A stretch of DNA of 64,000 bases, taken from the NCBI GenBank assembly GCA_002269645.1, contig NIVC01003277.1:43718-107717 (forward strand), read 5' to 3'. Position 1 is the first letter of the stretch. Every line of letters starts with the position of its first letter. Made by a program: the position numbers and the translations under genes. Origin of the DNA: Macrostomum lignano. Taxonomy: Eukaryota. The notes under the pieces are model-generated. The model searched no databases. It saw only the letters and a program-made list of their open reading frames with translations, and was not told the DNA's origin. This document shows, in pieces, positions 53,268-64,000 of the stretch.

Positions 53268-54625
53268 CACACGTCTGGAGGAACTACCTCAGCAGTTTGC
53301 AGTTGTTTCCCCTTTGCAATCTGCAATGATCCCTTCGACAGTCTGCAGTTCCCCTCAGCAGTCTGCAGTCATTTCATTTTCAGTCTACAACTGTACCATT
53401 AACGATTTTCATTCATTCTCTCAGCAGCCTGCAGTTCTCCTCTCGGCCGGCTCCTCAGTCTCCTCTGCAAACTGCAATTTGCTCAGCATTTTACGGCTCA
53501 CTAATCAATTTTCGATACATATCGGCAGTTTTGAAAAGCTCAGCATTTAGCAATACCTTCAGCAGTTTTTTTTCAGAATCGTCTGCAGTTTAGCAATTTC
53601 ATACTTTCATGGAGCTAGGCAATATACCCATTGATGGGATCAGTACGCTCGTAATACATGTACTTGAAGCAGTTTCTACAAATCAAATTTGCTTATCGAC
53701 TTGTGCCAAACAGCAAAAATACATGTAGTTCATTAAGTGTGCCTTGTTAATTAAGCATAAAAGTTTCAATTAGTCGAAGCACAAGCTAAAATAAATAATT
53801 AGTTCAATATTAATTGTCCGCTGCGAGCCAGACTCTAACCTGGGACCTTACGCCTATCCTAAAACTGGTCCTAGTGCCTACAGTGCGGCTACTCCGCCTA
53901 TTGATCGGAGGGCGACAAAATCAGCCATATATGCTTTGGCACTGCAGTCAAATACACAGCAGTGATAGGCTGCTCAGTGCACGGGTTGTATGCAGGCAGA
54001 GCCAATGCGCAGTTAAGTAAAATCTATAAATTAGATTTAAGTCTGGAGGAACTACTTCACAGTCTGCAGTTCTTCTCTGGCCGGCACCTCAGTCCCCTCA
54101 GAAAACTGCAATTTGCTCAGAATTGTACCACTCACTAATCAATTTTCGATACATATCGGCAGTCTTGAAAAGCTCAGCATTTAGCAGCATTGTCTGCAGT
54201 TTAGTAATTTCGTACTTTTATGGAGCTAGACAATACCCATTGATGGGATCAGTTATACTCGAAGCAGTTTTTACAAATCAAATTTGATTAGTGGCTAGTG
54301 CCGAGTAGCAAAAAATGAATTGCTAATTAATAAAAAAATGTTTCAATTGAAATTAAATAAAAAATGTTTCAATTAGTCCAGGCACAAGCTATAAATTATT
54401 GAATTATTTGAATTTTAATTATCCGCCGGGGAGGCAGACTCGAACCTTGGACCTTACGCCTAGCCTAAACCTAGTCCTAAGTGCCTACACTGCGGCTACT
54501 CCGCCTATTGATGGAGGACAACAAAATCAGCGATATATGCTTCAGAACTGCAGTTAAATACATAGCAGTGATAGGCTGCTCAGTGTGTAGGCGTGCAGGC
54601 GGAGCCAATGCACAGTTGATTGAGT
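53268..54625 (-). mobile_element. Two tandem diverged copies (about 0.6-0.75 kb) of an element with a degenerate tRNA-like head on the minus strand (53818-53898, 54423-54505); probably a second SINE family
   Basis: Minus strand GGCGGAGTAGCCGCAGTGTAGGC (D-arm-like) ... GGTTCGAGTCTG (B-box-like); long shared blocks between 53440-54020 and 54070-54620. Confidence 0.5.
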
Positions 54626-55796
54626 GAAATCTATAAATAGCAATTTTCTATGGAGTCCGCCAGTCAGAGCCAGGGTCAGAATGTACGCACGCAGCCACTG
54701 AGCATTTTTTCTCCTTGCACACTGCAACCAGTATTGAAGCTTACACAGTGGAGAGAGAAAAGTTATGGCGCAATCATAATTGGAATTGGAATTCAGCCAG
54801 TCCAGTCAAGAATTCAAGCTAGTTTGCCCTACCATTAAAAGCATTGGGAAAACTCGTTTTTCGAATATTTAATACCTTTAGCATTAAAGCCAATTAAAGA
54901 AATTTTAACTGTCTTCTTTCCAGATAATTACAAATCTTTTCGTAAAAACGCGATTAAAATTGGTCAATTGGTTCTATCTCTAGAACGTTATGCAAATAAT
55001 AACACAAATTCTCTTCGAGTGAAAGTCACACGAAGCAGCTATGACATAATCAAATACTCAGGCAGTCAGCATCAGTCTCAATTAAAGTTAGCAATATGGT
55101 TACGCAATTTCTGTCTTTCAACTTGGCACAGTGTTTTCAACTTGTTGTGATGCAATCTTTATCAAAATCAGAATTCAGTCAGTCGGTTTTTTCTCTAGCA
55201 TTCTTACAGCGCATTTCAAGTCGAAAGAGCTGCTTGACCTTTGCAAAAAAGCATGTTTTTCGAATATTTAATCCCTTTAGCATTGAAGCAGATACAAGAA
55301 ATTTTAACCGTCTTCTTTCCAGACAATTTTGAATCTTTTGGCGAAAACACGATCAAAATCGGTGAAGAATTGCGATCTCTAGAGCGTTATGGACAAGCAT
55401 TCAAACATACAAACCTTAGAGATTTAGTATATTTAGATTATGGACAAACATACAAACAAAGCTTAGAGATTTAGTATATTTAGATATAAGCGAAAGGGAT
55501 GAAAAGTGTCACTTAAAAAGATTCTTGTAAGTTTCATCTCAAGTTTTGCACTCAGTTACCGATAAGATGCGGCTATAGGTTTAACTGTGCAACCTTTTCG
55601 TTAGTTTCGTTCTTGAAACTTTTCGTTAGTTTCAAAATTAGCGCATAATTATTATACAGGTTTAGGTAAATTGATTAGCTTGGCGTACAAGTAAAGTCGT
55701 AATTAAAATTGCGAACTAATTGTATCCTGCTGTTTAGTCAATTGTGCTTGTTGGCTCCAATCAAATTCACTTAATGATGTAACGCCTGCCGCAATG

Positions 55797-56534
55797 TCAG
55801 TCAAAAGGCGACACGCACTCGCACAGAACTCTCGAAACGCCAAGATTTTCTGGAATGTCGCTAAGAGCTGACAGGAGGCTGTATCTTGCGATGGCATTTT
55901 CAGCGCCTCCATGATTGTTCGGCTCCGTGCTGCCAAAGACACTCGGGCTGACGCTGATGTTGCAGCCGACCCAGAAGAATCCGCCAGCTGGCTCAGGACT
56001 GCCGGGCTGCTGGTAGCCTCCGAGCCAGAACGACTTCCTAGAGCTGTGGTGGACAAAGATAGTCTCGACATGGCTCATCTCCTCAGCGCTGGTCACGTCG
56101 GCCATGATGACCAGACCGCTGTCTGACTCGCACTTCTGTCTGCTCGGCCACCAAGCCCCGATGCCAGAGTACAGCCTGTACTTCACTCCGCACAGGTCCA
56201 TGCCGTAGCCAGACGGACACAGCGCGCCCGTCTCAAGTCCCTGTTGGGATTTCATAAACACCCGGCCTCTCCTGGAGCAGCTGCAGTTCTTCACCGACTT
56301 GCTGCACTTGTCAAACACGAACAGCTGGCACGGAACCTCAGTCACGCTGAACGCTTGGCAGCTGGGGTCGCGGCTGCACAGAGCAGCGCAGCCAATCTTG
56401 CTGTCCTCTTTGGAGTACGTCTGGACAAACTCGCTGTTGATGCACAGGCTGACATCGGTGAGGCTGTACAGCAGCAGGCTGGCACTGCTGAAGGCGCAGC
56501 GCAAAGTCAGCATCGCGACTATAAGGAGCTGCAT
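55797..56534 (-). CDS. Secreted PAN/apple + C-type lectin domain protein, about 245 aa, single exon (ATG at 56534)
   Basis: Signal-like MQLLIVAMLTLRCAFSSA; PAN-type CAALCSRDPSCQAF..C; CTLD motifs CPSGY, W..SRQKC, FWLGG, FFW, EPNN and LCE. Confidence 0.82.
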   Translation of the reverse strand: MQLLIVAMLTLRCAFSSASLLLYSLTDVSLCINSEFVQTYSKEDSKIGCAALCSRDPSCQAFSVTEVPCQLFVFDKCSKSVKNCSCSRRGRVFMKSQQGLETGALCPSGYGMDLCGVKYRLYSGIGAWWPSRQKCESDSGLVIMADVTSAEEMSHVETIFVHHSSRKSFWLGGYQQPGSPEPAGGFFWVGCNISVSPSVFGSTEPNNHGGAENAIARYSLLSALSDIPENLGVSRVLCECVSPFD

Positions 56535-59137
56535 CAGGTGGCACGGTGGAACAGTTGATTCCATTCTTTCAGGTTTAAAACTGTCGGTCTGGGTATCTCT
56601 GGATGATTGAGTGTTCACGAAAAAGCAATTTCTAGCTCGTACAGGCACAAGTGCTGCTGTTGATGCAGTTTTCAAGAGCTATGAGATGCAGTTATAAGCT
56701 TACTTTCCTACTCAATGTTGTGAATTGAAGCGCCATGGCAACAAATAGCTCTTGAGTCCACACATTATCACTACAACGTCTGTTTCATATACTTTGCCCT
56801 CCCAGGCCATTGGAGGTTCAGTCGACTTCAGTACGAGCGAACGAACGACGAGCTCATCTCCCTTAAAAGCCCTTCAATGACTTTTTGATGACTGGCTGTG
56901 TTGTCCGGGTAGCTCAGCGCTTGTCCTTGTCCTGTGTTATCCTTGGTTCGATTCTGTAAGCGACTATATTAATTTTTGGGCACGAAAATTGGTCGTGGTT
57001 GCCGTGCGATTTATACCGGCGGCCGTGATGGCCAAACCCCAAGACACAGCTAGAGTGTACATCCCAGCAGATGATTAGAATGTCAGGGTCGCTGTACACC
57101 CAGCTGTGTCAGAGTACGTGTGAGTGCGTGCCTACACTGCAGTGTACATGTATGTGCGCACTACGAGTCAGCGGTTGTGAGACGATGTGGCGCAATGGGG
57201 TGCCTGTGGGGAACAATAATCGATCGATAGCTACTGCGGACCACGCCTGGCAACGGGACGAGAGCGAGCCGGCCGGAAGACAATTGGGACCAAAAAAGTG
57301 TACTAGCTGTGGGGATCGCAGCGGCCTAGGAAAGGAGAGGGCGTCAAATTCAACAAATGCATTAAAATCCCCAATTCTGTGAGGGCAGAGCGGACCCCAA
57401 CCTAGCAACGGGCTATAGTTTAGTGTTTTGGGCTAGACTTCAATTTATCGGATCAGCTGGCCCTGCATGTGTCCCCCCCAAACAGCGCTAATGTGTACTG
57501 TTGTGAAGGCTACCCCCACCTCAAAAGGAACTTGCAAGATTTTGAGAATATTGTAAAAGAAGGAAGAAACGGGAGCGCAGAATCTGCTCTTCTCTGATTT
57601 TGGTTTAGCTATAGCACCGTTTAGTTCCAGTCGTTACTAATATGCTGCCTTGACTTTGCAATCTGCGGGAATCTGCAGCTGTTGATTTGGAAAGAGAGTT
57701 GGTTTTCAGTCTGCATTTATTACGTTATAGCAAACCCATGGGCCTAGGTAATATTTTTTCAGTCGATTTCGCTTCTTAGATGTCGAAAGTACTTGTACTT
57801 GTGTATGTAGGCTCTTTCCAACCCTGTCAAAGAACCAATCTAAGACAAACCCTGCACTGCTCATCTCTCTGGGTCCATACGCTCGTACATATATCCTTCT
57901 TCTACCTAGCCTGTAACGTGTACATCCAATTCGCACTGTTGATTTACCCGTAAATTATGGAGGGCTTCTGCGCATGAAGCAACCCATGAAGTAGTTGTGC
58001 AAAACCTCTGTTTCGGCTTCTTCTAATTCCTGTTTCTTCCTTCCTTGATCTCTCGATCTCTCTTATCCTGTTGATATAATAAAAATAAGTCATTATCTTC
58101 TTTCTTACCGTAAACTATAGTTAGTGTGCATTTTTTTTCAAATTGGTCTCTCATTCTTTTGACTGCCACTCTATCGACGGGACGCGACGATTGAATAATA
58201 CGAAACAATTAATGCAGTATACCAAAGTGCCAGTGATATAATTTACTGAAAATACTCTGTGCGATTTACATTTCAGAAAATATAATATTAAAGAAATATA
58301 AAGTATTTCTTACTAAATATTTAATAGACTTATGTGCCACCGAGCGCGTGCATCGTATTCAATCCAAGATTTTAATGTTGTTTAATTTAAAACTTTTGCG
58401 TGCATGGGCATGGACGTAACGTCCTGGGCAGCAAGGGATCAAGCTCGAAAGCTTCAAGTCAACAAAACTTAATTAGCTAAACGCAAGTCCTAATGTCTTA
58501 TCATGGGAGCTTTTCAGATCATGTAGTAATTTGGGCTAAAGAAAAGAGCGATTTAAAAAATAAAATTTCTCACTTGAAATATATGTGGAATACATTTGAA
58601 ATGATTACATGTGAAATGATTAGAAATTTGAGATTTAGTAAAATAAAAGAAACGCTACAAATCTGCTATTGCAAAGTGCACAATTTCAAAGTTTGTAGGC
58701 CTAGAAATTAGTGAGCTATTATACTAAGCTTATTGACCGATCTTAGAAATGTATATTGAACTTTACCACTTGCGACTTGGTATACTTGGTAGGCCTATAG
58801 TATTTACTTTTAGGTTCCAAATTACAAACTTAATAAAGTAGGTTCACCATTCATGTTTAGCTTCTGTTCTAGATCCAATTATATCTAAGCCTTTTCAATA
58901 AGATTCTAGATCTTTTTTAATAATACATCTAATATAAATAGGCCTAGCAAATATATACATTTTTAAAAACTTATTTTTTTAATTTAAGTTTTTTGTCGCT
59001 TAACAAGCTACACCTTAAAAAATCATGCACAACACAGTCATAAGTATATGGCTATGGACCATAGCCTATCTTTATAATTAAAAATAGTCTGAGCTAGCTA
59101 GAAGGCAAAATTTTTAAGATTTATACTTATGACAAAT

Positions 59138-59730
59138 GGTAACTGGTCATTTTGCCCATAAACCATTTTGGCCATGGACATTTTGCTCCCAGACCATTTT
59201 GCCAACAGACCATTTTGCCCACAGACTGTTTTGTCCACAGACCATTTCACCCATAGACAGTTTCAGCCATGGACCATTTTTAAACTTTATGATTTTAAAC
59301 TTTGTGCTTTAATTCTTAATTTTGGTGACAAATTTTATTCTTTTAGTATTTCTAGCTTTACCTTGCTTGTAAACAAAACCCTTTCTCATCCTCAGATTGT
59401 TAAAATTGGCTTTAGTTATCACACTTTCAAAAGGAATGACTTTTTAAAAATACTTATAATAATTTACAATTTTTTTGTAAATAAAATTTGTAAATAAAAA
59501 ATTACAATAGCACAATTGTTACAGCAACAATTTAGATCATATTTTATTATATATTAAAACTAAAAATTAGTATTGAAAAAAGAAAATAAAGATGTAAAGA
59601 TGGCTATATCTCTAAATTACATAATTACCATTTTGGCCAAAATGCCTATAGCCAAACTGGTTTATGGTCAAAATGGTCTGGGGTGAACTGTCTATGGCCA
59701 AAATAGTTTGGGGCAAAACAACCAGAATTC
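59138..59730. mobile_element. Foldback-like non-autonomous element with imperfect inverted arms built from CCATTTTG(G/C)C subrepeats around an AT-rich core
   Basis: Reverse complement of 59630-59728 resembles 59140-59240; no clear TSD found. Confidence 0.5.
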
Positions 59731-60184
59731 TAGGTTATCAATATATCAAAGAGAGCTATACTAGAGAAAGTAGGCCCTAGTCAAACTCTTTAGAAATTAT
59801 CAAAATCAATATTTGTAAAATATGTTATACTTTATATATATATATATATATATATTATAAATATTAATGTTAAAAACATAATTATATGTGTACTTTTACC
59901 ATAGAACAATGAAATAAATAGACTTTCTAATAAATAACTATTTCCAAGTGTTAGGCCCTAGGTTTTATTTGACAATATTCTTACTTTTAGTTTTAGTTTG
60001 GCCAATATAACTTGTAAGTATATAGTTTAAATATTAGAAAAGTTTAGACTAGAGTAATTAAGCCTAGTTTCTAATAAATAGCTATTTTGTAAATTAAATT
60101 GATAATTTTATAGACCAAAATGCAAGCCAAATATAATAAAATAATTTTTTAAAATTTAAATTGTATAAAAATTTCAGAGGAAAA

Positions 60185-61594
60185 ATGGCCTTCTCATTCA
60201 ACTTCCAAATTGACCCTAAGGATATTGGCAATGATATTGACAGTTTTGGCATTTCAACTAGCTGTGAAAATCAGGCTAACAAAAGCAAATCTATAGGTCT
60301 AATATCAGATAAGTCATCAGGTCAATTGAAGGAGCTCAGCCTAGAGCTAGATGAACTGCCAGTCTGTGAGGATGATGTTGTGACCTCAGTGCAGCTGCTA
60401 AAGGGATCAACTGACCCCAATGCATCTGTCAGCTACTATTGTCCTGAGGAGGTCAGCCTATGGGCCAAGGCGAATGACCTGATGCCTGTAGACTCTGAGC
60501 AAAGCACAGACTTGGTTAGTCTGTATTTTGGTATTGCTTTTTTATTTGCTACTGAGGAAAATGGAAAGAAATTAGGCCACAGTTTACCCCTAAAGTTACA
60601 AGTTTGCAAGCTTTGCAAGTTTTGAAATTATGAATAATTATCTCACTGAGAGTTTTTTAATGTGTGCAATCTCACTGAGAGTTTTTTAATGTGTGCAATC
60701 TCACTGAGAGTTTTTTTAATTTGTGCAATCTCACTGAGAGTCTTTTTGGATGTATGCAATCTCACTGAGAGTCTGTTTAAATGTATGCAATCTCACTGAG
60801 AGTCTGTTTGTGTGCAATCTCACTGAGAGTCTGTTTGTGTGCAACCTCACTGAGTGACACCAATTAAAAGCATCTCCCTAACTGCTAGGTAAGCAACCTC
60901 ACTGAGTGACACCAATTAAAAGCATCTCCCTAACTGCTAGGTAAGCGGCGTGTACGAAGGCGGCTTGCAGCTGTGGGAGTGCTCGGAAGACTTGGCCACA
61001 TGGCTGCTGGACAAGGCGGAGCTGCAGCCGGGTCTCCGAGTGATGGAGCTGGGCTGCGGAGCTGGACTGCCTGGGCTGAGCTGCCTGAGAAGGCACCGGC
61101 CAGTGAAGGTGGCCTTTCAGGTGAGGTGTCCGTGACGTTTCACAGTGGTTCACAAAATTTGCACTTTTATCCCTTGTCACTTCATTCTCTTCTCAGGACT
61201 TCAACCCGGAAGTGCTCCGAGCCTGGACGATGCCGAACTGCGGTTAAACCTCGCCGATCTGGCGCGGCCGCCGCAGCTGGAGTTCCTGGCCGGTAGCTGG
61301 GCCGGCCTGGCGGCTTGGGAGGCGGCGCGCGGCGCCTTCGATCTGGTGCTGACAGCTGAGACTATTTACAATCCCGACTATTACCAGCAGCTCCACGACG
61401 CGCTAAGCCATCTGCTGGCCCCGGACGGTGTCGCTCTGGTTGCCGCCAAGGTCAGCTACTTCGGCGTCGGCGGCTCCGAGTCTTTGTTTTTGCGACTTCC
61501 TCGACCGTCGCGGCCAGTTCAGCACTCGACCGCCATGCGCACGGAGTCGGCGGCTCTGGCCCGAGTGATTCTTGAGCTGCGGCGGCGGCGGTGA
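60185..61594 (+). CDS. METTL18: Histidine protein methyltransferase (METTL18/Hpm1 family); exons 60185-60514, 60941-61120, 61197-61594, with apparent 1-nt indels in the last exon
   Basis: MAFSFNF start; DL|VSGVYEGGLQLWECSEDLA; VMELGCGAGLPG; FQ|DFNPEVL; FDLVLTAETIYNPDYY; LVAAKVSYFGVGGS. Confidence 0.88.
60640..60946. repeat. Intronic repeat of about 29 bp (AATCTCACTGAGAGTTTTTTAATGTGTGC) followed by a 52-bp duplication spanning the METTL18 exon-2 acceptor
   Basis: Seen directly; 60843-60894 is repeated at 60895-60946. Confidence 0.88.
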
Positions 61595-61639
61595 CCGGTT
61601 CTGATTCCATCGCATTCTCATTATCAGTGGAATTCACTT

Positions 61640-62345
61640 CATTATCCATGGAATGTCCCTCATCCACGAAATTCCCTTGAATATCCATGGAATTCTACTC
61701 ATTCATGGAATTCCCCTTGTTATCTATTATCTCATTATCCATGGAATTCCCCTCAATATCCATGGAATTCCCTCAATATCCATGGAATTCCCTCAATATC
61801 CATGGAATTCCCCTCAATATCCATGGAATTCCCTCAATATCCATGGAATTTCTCTCATTATTCATGGAATTCCCCCTCAATATCCATGGAATTCCCCTCA
61901 ATATTCATGGAATTCCCCTCAATATCCATGGAATTCCCCTCAATATCCATGGAATTCCCCTCAATATCCATGGAATTCCCCTCAATATCCATGGAATTCC
62001 CCTCAATATCCAAGGAATTCCCCTCAATATCCATGGAATTCCCCTCAATATCCATGGAATTCCCCTCAATATCCATGGAATTCCCTCAATATCCATGGAT
62101 ATCCATGGAATTCCCCTCAATATCCATGGAATTCCCCTCAATATCCATGGAATTCCCCTCAATATCCATGGAATTCCCCTCAATATCCATGGAATTCACC
62201 TCAATATCCAAGGAATTTCCCTCGTTATCCCTGGAATTCCCCTCATTATCCATGGAATTTCCCTCATTATCCATGGAATTTCCCTCATTATCCATGGAAT
62301 TCCCCTCATTATCCATGGAATTCCCCTCATTATCCATGGAATTCC
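61640..62345. repeat. 20-21-bp minisatellite CCATGGAATTCCCCTCAATAT
   Basis: About 33 copies immediately downstream of METTL18. Confidence 0.96.
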
Positions 62346-62629
62346 TGAATTGTAAAGTCCTCCAACCTAAGCCTAAAATCTCACTTTTCGTAGAGTCCTT
62401 TTCCGGTATGAAAATAAATTGCAATTATGATATTGTTTAAGCCTGTTATGACATTTCTGGCAAAGTTTGCTCTGCTGGTGCAATTTTAGCAAAATTTTAT
62501 TAATAAATAAAAAAGTGCAGCCAAGCCCAGGCTCTGGAAATTATTTGCGAGCCTCTGTGCATTTTTCACCTTGTCTGGCAGCATTTATATTTTATTGAGT
62601 AAAATTGGGCTGAAATATACTTTTCATCC

Positions 62630-63530
62630 TGCACTTCCTCTCCTTATCTTTCCTATCAGACTTTCCCTCTCCCTATGTCCCTCTCCCTTCTCCCTATCTC
62701 CCTGTCCCTCATCTCCCTCTATTATCCCTATCTCCCTAATCGCTCTCCCCATCTCCCTCTCCCCATCTCCCTCTCCCCATCTCCCTCTCCCCATCTCCCT
62801 CTCCCCCTCTCCCTCTCCCCATCTCCCTCTCCCATCTCCCTCTCCCTCATCTCCCTCTATTATCCCTATCTCCCTAATCGCTCTCCCCCATCTCCCTCTC
62901 CCCCTCTCCCTCTCCCCATCTCCCTCTCCCCATCTCCCTCTCCCCCATCTCCCTCTCCCCATCTCCCTCTCCCCCTCTCCCTCTCCCCATCTCCCTCTCC
63001 CTCATCTCCCTCTCCCCATGTCCCTCTGCCTCATCTCTCTCTCCCCATCTCCCTGTCCCTCATCTCCCTCTATTATCCCTATCTCCCTAATCGCTCTCCC
63101 CATCTCCCTCTCCCTCATCTCCCTCTCCCCATGTCCTCTGCCTCATCTCCCTCTCCCCATCTCCCTGTCCCTCATCTCCCTCTATTATCCCTATCTCCCT
63201 AATCGCTCTCCCCATCTCCCTCTCCCCATCTCCCTCTCCCCATCTCCCTCTCCCCCTCTCCCTCTCCCTCATCTCCCTCTCCCTCATCTCCCTCTCCCTC
63301 ATCTCCCTCTCCCCATCTCCCTCTCCCCCTCTCCCTCTCCCAACTCCCTCTCCCCATCTTCCTCTCAGCGTTTGTCCATCTCCTCTCGTTCCCCTCTCTC
63401 TCTCTCCCCTACTCCTCTCTGTCCATCATTCTCTCCCTGGCTCTCCTTTCTCCCTTCGCCCTTTTGCCCAAATCCCCTTCCCCCTCTCCCTCCTCTCAGA
63501 CTCCCTGTCTCCATCTCCCAGCAACCTTTC
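62630..63530. repeat. CT-rich low-complexity/minisatellite tract (CATCTCCCTCTCCC)
   Basis: Seen directly. Confidence 0.93.
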
Positions 63531-64000
63531 CCTGAGATGTGTTAAGTTTATAAATCAGAGAGCGGCTCCATCGCATTGAATTGCAGCCAGCAGGCATGGC
63601 AGAGACGCCACTCAGATACTCTGTCGGCGGCGGGCAGCTCAGCCCATCTGACCGGCTGTTCTACGAAAGAACGGCTTTATTGTGGTGAAAGGCCTGGTGC
63701 CCGAGCACTGCGTGCGAGATTACATGTGCGTGCAACCTGACTTTGCCTTCTTTGCCTTGGCTTCCAAGTCAGCTGATATCCTCCTTATCAATCTGCCCTT
63801 GCTGCAGATCTAACTGCCGATTTTAATAACCCCTGGGTTTTGTCTGCACTTTTAAAAATATGCAAGCTTTTTAAAGGCTCAGACAACCAGCTTGTATTTT
63901 GGCGTCTGCGTTAAATCTTTTCTTTATCTAGCAACTATCTTGGCTACCTTCACTACATGTTTGGTGTCCCTTATGCTCACCTTGGCGCCTCCCCCGATGC

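Noticed and set aside
56900-58500. Possible ncRNA or small ORFs between the lectin gene and METTL18 (e.g. hairpin AAGCT-CGAA-AGCTT near 58441)
   Set aside because: No recognisable family motif; short hairpins of this size are expected by chance.
61653-63545. ORFs in the CCATGGAATT and CT-rich arrays (also 47511-48508, 26635-27569, 5330-5587, 38295-38760, 39304-39736, 20818-21645)
   Set aside because: Low-complexity or tandem-repeat artefacts.

Overview
Eukaryotic, intron-containing, repeat-rich invertebrate DNA. The gene style suggests a Macrostomum-like flatworm, but that is inference only. Host genes: the 3' part of a protocadherin (+); a multi-exon tandem-C2 synaptotagmin-like gene (-); a secreted single-exon mucin-like protein with an extremely Arg-rich tail (-); a PGP/SHIPPO-repeat axonemal-type protein (-); an intronless SLC15/POT-like transporter (+); a secreted PAN + C-type lectin protein (-); and the histidine methyltransferase METTL18 (+). 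The most striking element is a complete 4,059-bp P-superfamily DNA transposon (11895-15953). It has 308-bp terminal inverted repeats, an 8-bp target-site duplication and a four-exon THAP transposase carrying one frameshift. It sits in a minisatellite inside the intron that splits the host C2A domain, in the same orientation and with phase-compatible splice sites. The window also holds two MITEs with clean TSDs (8-bp hAT-like, 9-bp Mutator-like), tRNA-derived CORE-like SINEs (one with its A-box head amplified into a minisatellite), two LINE 3' fragments, a foldback-like element, TTAGGG blocks and many tandem arrays. No CRISPR, rRNA or convincing tRNA gene was found. Single-base frameshifts in conserved genes suggest some indel errors in the assembly. 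All splice models were derived by hand and are not transcript-validated.
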